From: Spironucleus salmonicida
Taxonomy: Eukaryota
DNA length: 64,000 bases
Assembly: GCF_000497125.1 (NCBI RefSeq)
Contig: NC_090599.1
Span: 868,001-932,000, forward strand
Direction of reading: 5' to 3'
The notes under the pieces are model-generated. The model searched no databases. It saw only the letters and a program-made list of their open reading frames with translations, and was not told where the DNA came from. Positions 36,338 through 50,072 of this stretch are shown here, in pieces; within the stretch, counting starts at the first letter, position 1; the number at the start of each line of letters is the position of its first letter. The translations under genes and the position numbers were made by a program.

Positions 36338-37270
36338 TGCGGAGTGGGGCGGGCGAAATATCGCTGCGGGCGGCCCGAGTGCGGTTTCTGCTTACCGCTC
36401 CCCGTTTTTTCTGCGGCCCGAGTAGAGCGGTGAGTAGAGGGGAGCGTATAGAATAAAGAGTGGACAAGCAGTTGATATGATAGTAACACTGCTAAAAATA
36501 GAAATGCGGATATTCATAGATGCATGCAGGAATGTATTATTACTAAATATAATATTTAATGCAACGTTAAAAATATCGTAGCATATTACTAGTTGCATTT
36601 TCTAATAAATACCAAGCACCAATATATTTATACAGAATATAATCAACATTGCGTATTCCTCAGTTAACTGAACGAACCTAGCGTATATGGTTGGCATGTA
36701 TCTATTGGCTGTGCGACTCTGCAAACCAACTAATGATTGCCAGCTATTTGGTAGGATTCTGTCTAGCAGCTATGGATTCTGACGGAAAGCCTGAGCCAGC
36801 ACCCTCGCTGGCATGACTCCTCACCCAGCTCCCGGCTGCCAGCTCCATAACCGCAAGAGCGCTTTGCGGGACCGGGCATACGAACAGGGTGTAACCGGGT
36901 GCCAGCATAGCAAGCAGCCGCATACTCCGAAGCCACCCAGCGCAATCCCCTAGCCTGGCCAAAGCACGGAAGCACGTAACTATGGGGCCAGCTGCACACC
37001 AGCATGGGGAAATAGAGTTGCCGTTGGTGGAATTTTGCTACCTCCGGCGCGGCCAGAGAAGGTAATTCTTCCCTCCGACTCGCATGCCGGCCAAAGGCAC
37101 CGCGGCGGGACCCTCGGCTTGGCGCAGCGGCATAGGGAACGGAACTTGGACGGGAAACCTCAAGATAATCACCAGCCAGCTGGCATCGGGCACTTTGCAT
37201 GCGGGTCTGCCCACCGCTCCCCGTTTTTTCTGCGGCCCGAGTAGAGCCCGGTCTACGCGGCCCGCTCCCC

Positions 37271-38149
37271 ATGTTACGGGTTCTCGCGCACACCGTGTTC
37301 GCCGCCGCCGCCCTGCCCTCCGAGGCCCTGCTGCTGCTCGCCGCGCCGGACGACCCGATGCTGGAGCTGCTGGACGGCGTCTGCGCGCAGGTGGACGTGC
37401 CCTGCGGCGCGGTGGACTGCGGTCTGGAGGCGGCCTTCTGCGGGGGCATCCCCGGAGCCGGTGCGTCCCAGTACGTGATTCTGCAGAGCGGCCACTTCCA
37501 GCCCGTCCCCCGCGAGAAGGCGGCCGCGAAGTACGCCGCGATGTGGTTCCAGGACATGTTCTGCACGGACCTCTGCCACGAGCTCCGCGCGCAGCTGCGC
37601 CTCCACACGGTCTTCTCGGTCCGCGGCCCCGCCTCGGTGCGCGCCGACTTCCAGGCCCAGCTCAACCGCTTCAAGCTCGCCGCCGTGTTCGTCTTCGCCG
37701 AGGACGCCGCCTTCGCGCTCTCCGCCAACCTGGACGGCCGGGACTTCGCCTACGAGGGGCCCTGCGACATGGGCCACGTCGCGCGCTTCCTGGCCTCCCG
37801 GACCAACTCGGCCCTGCCCCGCGCCGACGGGAGGGGGCTCTCCGCGCTGCTGGCCGGGGGCGAGGCCACCGTGCTGCTGCTGCCCGACTTCGGTGCGCAC
37901 GCCGCCGCGCTGGACGCCGTGTACGCCCGGGGCTACGAGCGCGTGCTCTACGCGGACTGCTCGCGCGTGCCCGACTACTGCAACCGCTTCAACGCGCTCC
38001 AGGGCGGGGCGGCCGTGCTCATCCGCGGCGCGGCCCAGCAGTACGCGGTGCTGCGCGGCGAGGTGGGGGCCGTGCTCGCGCAGCTGGCCTCCGGGCAGTT
38101 CGCCCTGCTGAGCGAGGCGGAGCTGGTGCAGCAGCTGTCCAGCGAGTGA
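37271..38149 (+). CDS. Putative redox-inactive PDI-like protein (gene C, copy 3)
   Basis: Differs from copies 1 and 2 by GQFAL versus GEFAM. Confidence 0.6.
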   Translation: MLRVLAHTVFAAAALPSEALLLLAAPDDPMLELLDGVCAQVDVPCGAVDCGLEAAFCGGIPGAGASQYVILQSGHFQPVPREKAAAKYAAMWFQDMFCTDLCHELRAQLRLHTVFSVRGPASVRADFQAQLNRFKLAAVFVFAEDAAFALSANLDGRDFAYEGPCDMGHVARFLASRTNSALPRADGRGLSALLAGGEATVLLLPDFGAHAAALDAVYARGYERVLYADCSRVPDYCNRFNALQGGAAVLIRGAAQQYAVLRGEVGAVLAQLASGQFALLSEAELVQQLSSE

Positions 38150-39010
38150 GCCGCCTTCCTCACGCCCCGCGGCCCCAGGCCTGCAGCCGCGCGAGCTCGA
38201 GCTCGAGCGCGGGAAGCAATAAGTATTTCGAACATACAGATGCAATACAAATTCGGATAGTATATTTCTACTATCTGAATTAATTCAGTGTTTAAATTAA
38301 GTAATAGTATTCTATATTAAGCTAAAATACTTTAATTACGAATAAAATTGTTGAAAATCGAGGTTATCATGTGAGTATATGCTTTTTATTGAAATTATCT
38401 GGTACTATAAGATTTTAAATTAAAAAGATAGTACTTCGTGTTTAATAATAAATAACCAAGATAAGTAGAAAAATTATAGATTATATAGTATACAAGTATT
38501 CCATGAAACGGTATAAATTACACATAAATACGCTTAGAATTGAGAAAGGACTAAAATGCTTACATAAATTTAGAATAATTATGTAATTATGGGAAAATAT
38601 CATCATTATTTAATTAATAATTTATTTGGAGTTTTATTTGTTAAGTATATAATGTTGAATAATAAAGTTATTTTATTTCTTATTTCTCATAATACCAGTC
38701 TTAAGACATATATTGCTACCGATATAATTCAATACAGATATAAAATTATTATGAACTCGCGTCAAAACTAAGTACACCCAATAATGTAATATTATTCTTT
38801 TAATGAATTGTAACAACAGTTATCTTAATGAATACCGTATAATAAAACATACACTAAATAAATAGTGTATAAACTAACTATAAACTAGTAGCAAAGCTAA
38901 TAATAGCTAAGCATTTATGACAGACATTAATCATGACATTATACTAAAAATAATATATTATAAATACATGAATTTAGTTAATCAATTTTAAATTTTACTT
39001 TCCTAAATAA

Positions 39011-40447
<1,437 letters not shown>

Positions 40448-40577
40448 TAGTTTCTTCTTTATTCTATACGCTCCCCTCTACTCACCGCTCTACTCGGGCC
40501 GCAGAAAAAACGGGGAGCGGTAAGCAGAAACCGCACTCGGGCCGCCCGCAGCGATATTTCGCCCGCCCCACTCCGCA

Positions 40578-41159
40578 ATGAACTTCGACTAGCCCTCCAA
40601 GATCTCCTTCGCGGACCTCTCCTTCGGCCTCGACCTCGACCTCGGCCAGGAGTACTCGGCGCCCCTGCTGTTCACGCCCGCGGACTTCGAGACCGGCACG
40701 CTGAGCGCCACGCCCTCGGCCCGCGCGGACGTTTCCTCCAGCTTCGCGGCCTCCGAGGCGTCCGACAGCCCCCGCCGCACCCGCCGCGCGCAGAGCGAGT
40801 GGGCGCCCGAGGAGGACAGCCTGCTGCGGCGGCTCGCGGCGTGCCCGGAGCGCGGCACCTGGCCGCACATCGCGCGGGCGATCCACCGGCAGGTCCCGGG
40901 CGCGCCGGTGCGGTCCCCCGCGCAGTGCAGCCAGCGCTGGGCCCGCGTGGCGAACCCCGCGATCCGCAAGGGCAAGTGGAGCCCCGCGGAGGACGCCCAG
41001 CTCGTGGCGGCGGTCGCCGGGTCCCCGCCGCGCAGGTGGCGGCTGATCGCGGACAAGGTGCAGGGCCGCACGGACATCCAGGTGCGGTACCGCCTGCAGA
41101 CCATCGGCGAGGGGCTGGTGCGCCAGCGGCTGATCGGGCGCGAGTGCCTGCCCGAGTGA
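40578..41159 (+). CDS. Two-repeat Myb transcription factor, copy 4 of 5
   Basis: Intact in code 6: codon 5 is TAG (Gln) where copies 1-3 have TAT. Confidence 0.9.
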
Positions 41160-41411
41160 GCCTTGTTGGATTTTATTTATATACCTATTCCATTAGGGAG
41201 GCAGGGACGCCCGAAGCGGCAGCGTGCACCTGGTCTGGAGTGCTTGGGCCCGGATAGCGACATTGTATTCGCCCCAGGCCTAGCAATTGGGATGATGGGC
41301 GGCTAGGCCTGTACTTTTCAAGTTCACCACCAGCGTGGTGGGAGTCATGCTAAAGGTTGCCGCATCAACGCATGTGCTTCCAGAGGCACTAATATTAGGA
41401 ATAGATAAATT

Positions 41412-41485
41412 TGATTCTACCGAGACTTGAACTCGGGACCGCTTGTACGTCAAACAAACGTGCTAACCAACTACACCATAGAATC
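41412..41485 (-). tRNA. tRNA-Val (anticodon GAC)
   Basis: Reverse complement of 43961..44034. Confidence 0.9.
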
Positions 41486-41543
41486 TGTAATCTAAGTACC
41501 TAATATAATGTGGGGCACGATATAATATTTTAGGTCGCTTCGA

Positions 41544-42233
41544 ATGGAAGTTTTACAAACAAGTAATCTGAGCCTAGTGCACCGCTAAGAACTGGACGAG
41601 TAGTCTCGGTTGCATTAAACCGAGGTCTAAAACATTCGCCGCGAATACGAGTCTAAACTGTGGGCAATGTAAAGGGCCCACGAGGATCAGAAGGACGTAA
41701 TTATTCAGCAAGTTAAAGCTCAAGTATAGTCGGAGGTAGTGAAGGTGCAAAGCGTCAATTCGGCATCAATTTCGCTTTTATAGCAGACGAATGCATCGCA
41801 GCTGTCCCAAGTTCGGGATGAGTACCAAAAGATAGTTAACTAGCAGGTAGATTTCATTCGCATCTTAAAATAAGAAGTAGTGGGTCTGCAGCAATCGAAA
41901 GTCAATGAAACGCCACTGCGAAACCAAATTGAGCATCTTACTGCTTCTCTTAGATAGGCCAATAGCTAGCTTTAAATCTCATCGAAACGCACATTAGATA
42001 TGGAAGCATAAATTCATCATCTCAGCGAGCTATCTCAATTGAGCTTAAAGTAGTAGAATGAGCTTACACTATAAGCATAAGCCATAAAAATACTAACGTA
42101 GGAGCGAGACGTTCTTTACGCGCGACTAGAAATAATGAACTAAGATATTGCAATCAGAGGGTAAGGTGCAGCTATGAGAGGGTAAAGTGGAGTGTAACGC
42201 ATAGAGTCATAATTAGGGCCTTAGCTACAATGA
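41544..42233 (+). CDS. Gln-rich coiled-coil protein, 229 aa, copy 1
   Basis: MEVLQTSNLSLVHRQELDEQSRLHQTEVQNIRREYESKLW...; uninterrupted in code 6. Confidence 0.75.
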
Positions 42234-42249
42234 GTGAAATATAAAAGTT

Positions 42250-43155
42250 TCATATTTATAGTTTTTCTTCTATTTTTGATAGTCTCAACTGGACTTCTTG
42301 TTAAAAATTATCTAATACATTCTTAATACTACTAACATTTTGAAAATTAACTATTTGTTATAAGTCTTTCATTTTAAGTTTTAAAAATTTAACTTCTTCT
42401 TTCATTTCTTCAAACTCTTATTAATCTAATGGTTTAGGATATTAAAGGGCCTAAATTTGATATAGTTTCCTTGTATTGGTATTCTAGAAAGAAGTATTAA
42501 TAAGATCAGTTTACAATAAATCCGCATTAAGGTTTAATGAATTATCTTCTAAATTATTTTCTAAAATAATGCTAGTATTTAAACTTAACCCAGATTACAA
42601 TCTTATTGGAGTTAAACTTCGTTAAATACTTCTTTTTCTAGCACTTTATCTAGATGTATTATTATAGAATAACTCCATATTATAAAGGCTTTTTTTTAAT
42701 AGCTCGATAATTTACTGTGCATTTTCAATTTTAAATTCAAGCATTTCTAACTATTTCAGATTGTCAGAAGATGGAGATAAATTTGTGATGTATTTAAATT
42801 GGCCAATTAATAAGCGAAGTGATGTTCTTGTTATATCTAATAACTTGTTGACATGTTTAAACTTAGAGTCTATTTCTTAGCTGGCATAAACAATATGAGT
42901 TAGATCAGAGTTTGACAATTCATTGACCATATCAAAACATGTACAAGATTAGCGTTGACATTTCAATAAAATTGCAGATACTTTAGAAAAATTATCAATA
43001 TCTGGATTTTTAATAGAGAATTACCTATTTTCCTTTATTAAAGTGTTAATTGAACATATTAGCTATTAGGTTTATTCAGAAAAGTAGTAAAACTCATGAT
43101 AGATTTCCGCATATTCATTTATTTTACTAATAGATTCTTTAACAGATGTGTTCAT
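42250..43155 (-). CDS. Hypothetical protein with C-terminal coiled coil, 301 aa; sole gene in the IR-D loop
   Basis: MNTSVKESISKINEYAEIYHEF...EEMKEEVKFLKLKMKDLQQ...EEKLQI*; 302 codons without an internal TGA. Confidence 0.75.
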
Positions 43156-43212
43156 TTGAAGCGGAAAGATAAACTTGGTTCATAATGATATATATTATAT
43201 TTAATATTTCAC

Positions 43213-43902
43213 TCATTGTAGCTAAGGCCCTAATTATGACTCTATGCGTTACACTCCACTTTACCCTCTCATAGCTGCACCTTACCCTCTGATTGCAATA
43301 TCTTAGTTCATTATTTCTAGTCGCGCGTAAAGAACGTCTCGCTCCTACGTTAGTATTTTTATGGCTTATGCTTATAGTGTAAGCTCATTCTACTACTTTA
43401 AGCTCAATTGAGATAGCTCGCTGAGATGATGAATTTATGCTTCCATATCTAATGTGCGTTTCGATGAGATTTAAAGCTAGCTATTGGCCTATCTAAGAGA
43501 AGCAGTAAGATGCTCAATTTGGTTTCGCAGTGGCGTTTCATTGACTTTCGATTGCTGCAGACCCACTACTTCTTATTTTAAGATGCGAATGAAATCTACC
43601 TGCTAGTTAACTATCTTTTGGTACTCATCCCGAACTTGGGACAGCTGCGATGCATTCGTCTGCTATAAAAGCGAAATTGATGCCGAATTGACGCTTTGCA
43701 CCTTCACTACCTCCGACTATACTTGAGCTTTAACTTGCTGAATAATTACGTCCTTCTGATCCTCGTGGGCCCTTTACATTGCCCACAGTTTAGACTCGTA
43801 TTCGCGGCGAATGTTTTAGACCTCGGTTTAATGCAACCGAGACTACTCGTCCAGTTCTTAGCGGTGCACTAGGCTCAGATTACTTGTTTGTAAAACTTCC
43901 AT
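43213..43902 (-). CDS. Gln-rich coiled-coil protein, copy 2
   Basis: Inverted copy of 41544..42233. Confidence 0.75.
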
Positions 43903-43960
43903 TCGAAGCGACCTAAAATATTATATCGTGCCCCACATTATATTAGGTACTTAGATTACA

Positions 43961-44034
43961 GATTCTATGGTGTAGTTGGTTAGCACGTTTGTTTGACGTA
44001 CAAGCGGTCCCGAGTTCAAGTCTCGGTAGAATCA
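43961..44034 (+). tRNA. tRNA-Val (anticodon GAC)
   Basis: Cloverleaf: acceptor GATTCTA/TAGAATC+A; D arm GTGT-AGTTGGTTA-GCAC; anticodon arm TTTGT-TTGACGT-ACAAG; T arm CCGAG-TTCAAGT-CTCGG. Confidence 0.92.
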
Positions 44035-44286
44035 AATTTATCTATTCCTAATATTAGTGCCTCTGGAAGCACATGCGTTGATGCGGCAACCTTTAGCATG
44101 ACTCCCACCACGCTGGTGGTGAACTTGAAAAGTACAGGCCTAGCCGCCCATCATCCCAATTGCTAGGCCTGGGGCGAATACAATGTCGCTATCCGGGCCC
44201 AAGCACTCCAGACCAGGTGCACGCTGCCGCTTCGGGCGTCCCTGCCTCCCTAATGGAATAGGTATATAAATAAAATCCAACAAGGC

Positions 44287-44868
44287 TCACTCGGGCAGGC
44301 ACTCGCGCCCGATCAGCCGCTGGCGCACCAGCCCCTCGCCGATGGTCTGCAGGCGGTACCGCACCTGGATGTCCGTGCGGCCCTGCACCTTGTCCGCGAT
44401 CAGCCGCCACCTGCGCGGCGGGGACCCGGCGACCGCCGCCACGAGCTGGGCGTCCTCCGCGGGGCTCCACTTGCCCTTGCGGATCGCGGGGTTCGCCACG
44501 CGGGCCCAGCGCTGGTTGCACTGCGCGGGGGACCGCACCGGCGCGCCCGGGACCTGCCGGTGGATCGCCCGCGCGATGTGCGGCCAGGTGCCGCGCTCCG
44601 GGCACGCCGCGAGCCGCCGCAGCAGGCTGTCCTCCTCGGGCGCCCACTCGCTCTGCGCGCGGCGGGTGCGGCGGGGGCTGTCGGACGCCTCGGAGGCCGC
44701 GAAGCTGGAGGAAACGTCCGCGCGGGCCGAGGGCGTGGCGCTCAGCGTGCCGGTCTCGAAGTCCGCGGGCGTGAACAGCAGGGGCGCCGAGTACTCCTGG
44801 CCGAGGTCGAGGTCGAGGCCGAAGGAGAGGTCCGCGAAGGAGATCTTGGAGGGCTAGTCGAAGTTCAT
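44287..44868 (-). CDS. Two-repeat Myb transcription factor, copy 5 of 5
   Basis: As copy 4 (TAG at codon 5) but QCNQ instead of QCSQ. Confidence 0.9.
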
Positions 44869-45812
44869 TGCGGAGTGGGGCGGGCGAAATATCGCTGCGG
44901 GCGGCCCGAGTGCGGTTTCTGCTTACCGCTCCCCGTTTTTTCTGCGGCCCGAGTAGAGCGGTGAGTAGAGGGGAGCGTATAGAATAAAGAGTGGATAGGC
45001 AGTTGATATGATAGTAACACTGCTAAAAATAGAAATGCGGATATTCATAGATGCATGCAGGAATGTATTATTACTAAATATAATATTTAATGCAACGTTA
45101 AAAATATCGTAGCATATTACTAGTTGCATTTTCTAATAAATACCAAGCACCAATATATTTATACAGAATATAATCAACATTGCGTATTCCTCAGTTAACT
45201 GAACGAACCTAGCGTATATGGTTGGCATGTATCTATTGGCTGTGCGACTCTGCAAACCAACTAATGATTGCCAGCTATTTGGTAGGATTCTGTCTAGCAG
45301 CTATGGATTTTGACGGAAAACCTGAGCCAGCACCCTCGCTGGCATGACTCCTCACCCAGCTCCCGGCCGCCAGCTCCATAACCGCAAGAGCGCTTTGCGG
45401 GACCGGGCATACGAACAGGGTGTAACCGGGTGCCAGCATAGCAAGCAGCCGCATACTCCGAAGCCACCCAGCGCAATCCCCTAGCCTGGCCAAAGCACGG
45501 AAGCACGTAACTATGGGGCCAGCTGCACACCAGCATGGGGAAATAGAGTTGCCGTTGGTGGAATTTTGCTACCTCCGGCGCGGCCAGAGAAGGTAATTCT
45601 TCCCTCCGACTCGCATGCCGGCCAAAGGCACCGCGGCGGGACCCTCGGCTTGGCGCAGCGGCATAGGGAACGGAACTTGGACGGGAAACCTCAAGATAAT
45701 CACCAGCCAGCTGGCATCGGGCACTTTGCATGCGGGTCTGCCTGGTTTGCGTGGCAACCATCCAGCGCTCCGCTCTAGCCCGCCGCCGGGTCTACACCCT
45801 ACGCTCCATAAT

Positions 45813-48083
45813 ATGCATGCGGCGCTGTCTGTGCTGGTGCTCTATGCCGTCTTCACCTCCCTCATCGCAGGGCTGAAGTGCTTCATGCTAGGGCCAGCCG
45901 AGAACCAGCAGATCTCGCAGCGGGCGCTTTTCCTGCTCGCGGTGCTCGTGAACGTGCTGGACGCGTGCCTGCTGGCGTCCGTGCTCGCCGCGCTCCAGTT
46001 GCTTGGCGCCAAGGCGAAGGTCGCCAGAGCCGTCCCGACGTGCGTGGTGCTCTACCTCGCGGTGCTCTTCATGGTGGTCTGCATCTACGACACCGAGCTG
46101 GGGCGCGAGATGCAGGGCATCGCCAGCTTCTCGCTGTTCAAGAGCTACATCCTCGGCGTGCCGACCCTGTTCCCCAGCACGCTGCTAGTCGCGGGCGAGA
46201 AGACCTCCTCCAACACGCTCGCCACGCTTCTGCTGGCCATCGGAAGGGACATCATCCACTGGGTGCTGCTGTCGTCGATCGTCATCGGCTCGGCCGGGCT
46301 GGCGCTCCTGCTGGTGCTGATCGGACGGAAGCACATAGTATCCTCGTTTCTGGTCCGGCCAGCTGCCCCGCACAACTTTGTGCTGCAGGCCGTCAGCGCC
46401 GGGCTCGGGAGCGAGATGGACATGCAGACCGCCAAGATATCCTCGGCAACGCGGAGAGTCCGACGGGCGGCCGGCCCTGTTGGGGCCCTGCTCTCCCTCG
46501 TCGCGGTCGCACTATTCGCCTCCTTCATCGCCTTCCCCTACGGGCAGCTGGCCGAGGCGGCGCCAGGGCACTGGAACATGCTCAAGTCGCTGACGCGCTA
46601 CCACCTGCCGGAGGCGAGGCTGCAGGCGTTGATCCGGGACGAGCGCCAGAGCGTTGAGCTGCCGCCGGGCCTGTTCTACATCGACAACCGCGACAGCGTC
46701 CAGTTCCCGTTCGTGGTGGGGGACGAGGCGAGCTACTGCCAGTTCAACCAGTGCGAGGCCCCGGCGCCCCAAGGCAGGGAGCAGCCAGGAGAGATGCCGA
46801 ACGTCTACATGGTCATCATCGAGTCCCTGTCGGCAGTCCCCCTGCTGGTCGCGAACAACACCTTCTCCGAAACGCTGATGCCCACGCTGCACGGCCTCCA
46901 GCAGAGCGGGACGACAGAGCTCACGCTCTCCACGCTGTCGCTGCCCACGATCAACGGCTGGTACGCACTTATGACCGGCGAGCTCCCCCTGCAGTACGGC
47001 GCGGCAATGACGCAGCTGCGGCACCACGCGCACGACTCGCTGGCGGGCATGTTCAGGCGGATGGCCTACTCCACCCACTACACGTCCCCGTCGCCCCCGG
47101 AGTTCGACGGCAAGCAGAACATTCTGTACAGCCACTTCGACACGGCGCAGTACTACTTCCCCCGGAAGGGGTACCTGCCCGACCTGCCGCCGCCCAACTC
47201 GTGGGTGTGCGACCGCATCACCACCCGCCAGTTCATCGACCAGATGTCGGTTGCGGCGCGGCCGGCCTTCGGGGTCGTGATGACGGTGGACACGCACACC
47301 CCATTCACGGGCTACGACCAGCCGAAGTTCTACGACAACGCCATCGAGAATGACTACCAGCGCGTCGCGAACTACGCGGACCGGCAGCTGGGCGACCTCG
47401 TGGCCCACCTGCGCCTAAACGACCCCCACTCCCTGCTGGTGGTGGTGGGCGACCATGGGCCCCGGGAGCGGCCCGTGATCTCGGAGTTCCCCCAGTGGGA
47501 CGGCGACTGCGCGCGGCGGGTGTTCAGCGACGCGTACTTCACCACCACCGGCGTCGTGGCCTACCTGGGGCAGGACGAGCGGCTCATGGCGGAGTTCAAC
47601 CAGGGGAGGACGCACACGCGGGCCATCGACACGAACGCCTTCGTGCACGACATCGTGTGGCGGCTGAGCCGGTTCGGCGGGAAGCGGTACATCTCCAACC
47701 GGGTCCCGCAGAGCGTCTCCTTCACGCCGCGCATCATCGAGGTCAGACAGGAGCAGCAGATATTCAGGGGCTACCTCCGCGACCAAACCTCCTTCGTGGA
47801 CTTCAACGAGACCATCACCTGCTAGTTCGCCAGCGCACCGAGGCCTGCGCTGAGCTACCGGGGAAAGATCCAGCTGCACAATGCCGTCTCCGCCAAGAAC
47901 CGCCAGTGGCACGCCGACTTCGACTGCGCCGCCGAGCGGTGCGCTTTCCCCGTCGCGGAGGCAAACTTCGAGAACGAATCGGGCGTGTTTTGGATTGGCT
48001 TCGTGCTGGCCCCCGTCGTGGTGGGCCTGCTTGCGTTCTGTGTGAGCCTGGTCGTGCAAAGGCGCCTCAAGGCGGGCAAATGA
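45813..48083 (+). CDS. LtaS/OpgB(MdoB)-like membrane phosphotransferase (alkaline phosphatase/sulfatase superfamily), 756 aa, copy 1
   Basis: About 5 N-terminal TMs; PNVYMVIIESLS, LPTINGWYALMTG, MTVDTHTPF, YADRQLG, VVVGDHG; read-through of TAG47823 adds a C-terminal TM. Confidence 0.82.
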
Positions 48084-50072
48084 TCCAGGCGCTGCGAGGC
48101 GCTAGAGTAGCGGTGTCCCCACTTACCAGCAGCGCTGCCGTATAGTTAGTGGAGGACGTGGTTAGTCTTTGTAAACAACCATTACCGGATCTAAGCTGGG
48201 CGCAAACAAGCACGGCCGCGTCTTTTATTGCTAGGAGGTGGCGAAATTGGGTTAGCCAACTTACCATTCGGAACTGAGGCGCGCAGGCAAACGCTATTGC
48301 CGCAGCAGGCGAGAGACTGAGCGTTTTAGATTCTATACTTTACAGTTGCATTCGCAGCCGGGGGTTCCAGACCATATGGATGCACTCCACGGTTGGGACA
48401 TGGAGTAGTACCGCCTCGCGTAATTACCAGCCGTGCACACTTGAAATGTGGGAATTATTTGCCTGAGAACACGAACTTACTGTCAAGTCCTAGCCTGCAT
48501 GCGGACCCAAACAATGTTGCAAGGCCAGGTTGAGACTGCGCAGTCTACGAATTGAGCACACTGCCGTACGCTTGCGGGCGCAGTAGCAATATTCTCCGAC
48601 CGGGCCTTAGGTGAACAATGTTGCGGGACTTCGCACATAGGAGGCTAGAGATATCCAGCTCGTATCGAGGACCATAGATATCTAATTGGCAGGGACGTTA
48701 AGATTTGCCACGCGTTTGGGTCTAAAGGAAGCAACTAGCTAACAGGGATACTGTCACACTCTGTAAAGCCCCGGAGCAGCGGCGGGGTAGGAGCTCACGA
48801 AACTCTAGGCTCTTGCAAAATATCAGTTCCGCTGTAATAGCAACTCCGTAAAGATCTGGCCGGGTGCCGCAGATGATGGTTAGTATTTGTCTGCAATGAG
48901 GCACTGGGAAAAACTTGGGTAGGCTCTATAGGCGCGAGCAGAGCGTACAACAATTCGTCAGCTCTCAGTAGCTAAGTGCGGCCGGTTGTAATTATGGGCA
49001 ATCTGCTCTAATGCCCTCTGTAGGCAGACCGCTGTTTCAGTTGAACCGCTTTGCCAGGTATTGCTATCTCACATGGCGCATCTTGTTCTACAGGTTTTCG
49101 CGGGAAAGCATTTTTTAGTAGTTCAGGCACCGCACGTACGCTTCCCTGCCGGGCGAGGGAACAGAAGGGAATGAGATGCGTAAATCTAGCTGCAAGCCCG
49201 CAGAAAGATTGCAGAAAGTAAAATTAGCAAAGATGGGACAGGCAATACCGAGGTAAGGTCCCACATAATTTGCAATTATTATAGTGCTAATGAATACTCG
49301 AGTCATATTCCAACCAGTACTCTAAAATATCAAGTAGGATACTTTGAGCTACACTACTTGTTGAATAGTCATTCAAAGTATTTATCCGAATGCCAGAATT
49401 AATCTAACAACGGCAGGAAATAAGGTCTAAAAATGAGCCAATACGAACGTAGATCCCAAAGGCTAGCGGGCAGGATTGGCCATGCAATAGAATTTATTTG
49501 TCAGCAACTAATATCTGCAAATCTGCATGGTGCTCTACTTTCCAGCAGCAACCTGCTAGTTGCATGGCGGTGTTTTGTGTTAGACAATGTAGTTACAAAG
49601 CTGGCCGCATTCGTGCACATATTTAAATTGCAATAGCCTTCCCAGAGTTAACCGTAAGTGCTTTGTGGTATCTGTGGAACTAGCGTTATACCTTGCTGAT
49701 ACACCACAAAAAGCATTTAAAGCAGATCTGAGGCAATATACTTGCAGCAGGCCAGTATACACTCATTTGATAGAGTTGGTACAGGGCTGAAAATGTGAGA
49801 GCTGCATCGTATTTATAGCTGCGCTAGTTTACTATTTCATAGATAAGGACGGATAGCTAGTGCAGAATGATAGCTAATTTGCTAGCCAATATGCAGTTAG
49901 TAAAAGATATAGAACCATTAAGAACTGGAGAAGCTAAAGTCAAACAGGGCAGAACATCTTTCATTGGGAATTTGGCCCAGACTTACATAGTGGACACATT
50001 ATCTGTTAAAAGTGACAGTGGATTATAGTTTTGTATTTAGTATATTTGTCTCACAACCACTCCAATTTGATA

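Larger units (their letters stand above)
35454..38202. repeat. IR-B right arm (3' end of gene D, Myb, module, gene C, 3' tip of gene B); inverted copy of 29469..32217
   Basis: Coordinates mirror with constant sum 67671 (e.g. 29522/38149, 31334/36337). Confidence 0.95.
40456..42242. repeat. IR-D left arm (Myb, tRNA-Val, coiled-coil gene), 1787 bp; 40456..41161 is also inverted to 35754..36459 (IR-C)
   Basis: Mirror of 43204..44990 with constant coordinate sum 85446. Confidence 0.95.
43204..44990. repeat. IR-D right arm; 44285..45742 is also a direct copy of ~35754..37211
   Basis: Reverse complement of 40456..42242. Confidence 0.95.

Noticed and set aside
45615-45812. 66-aa N-terminal extension of the LtaS-like ORF (and the 24-aa extension of gene C)
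   Set aside because: The upstream ATGs lie in the shared module, and ATG45615 is out of frame with gene C in other copies; ATG45813 and ATG20611 follow C-rich motifs
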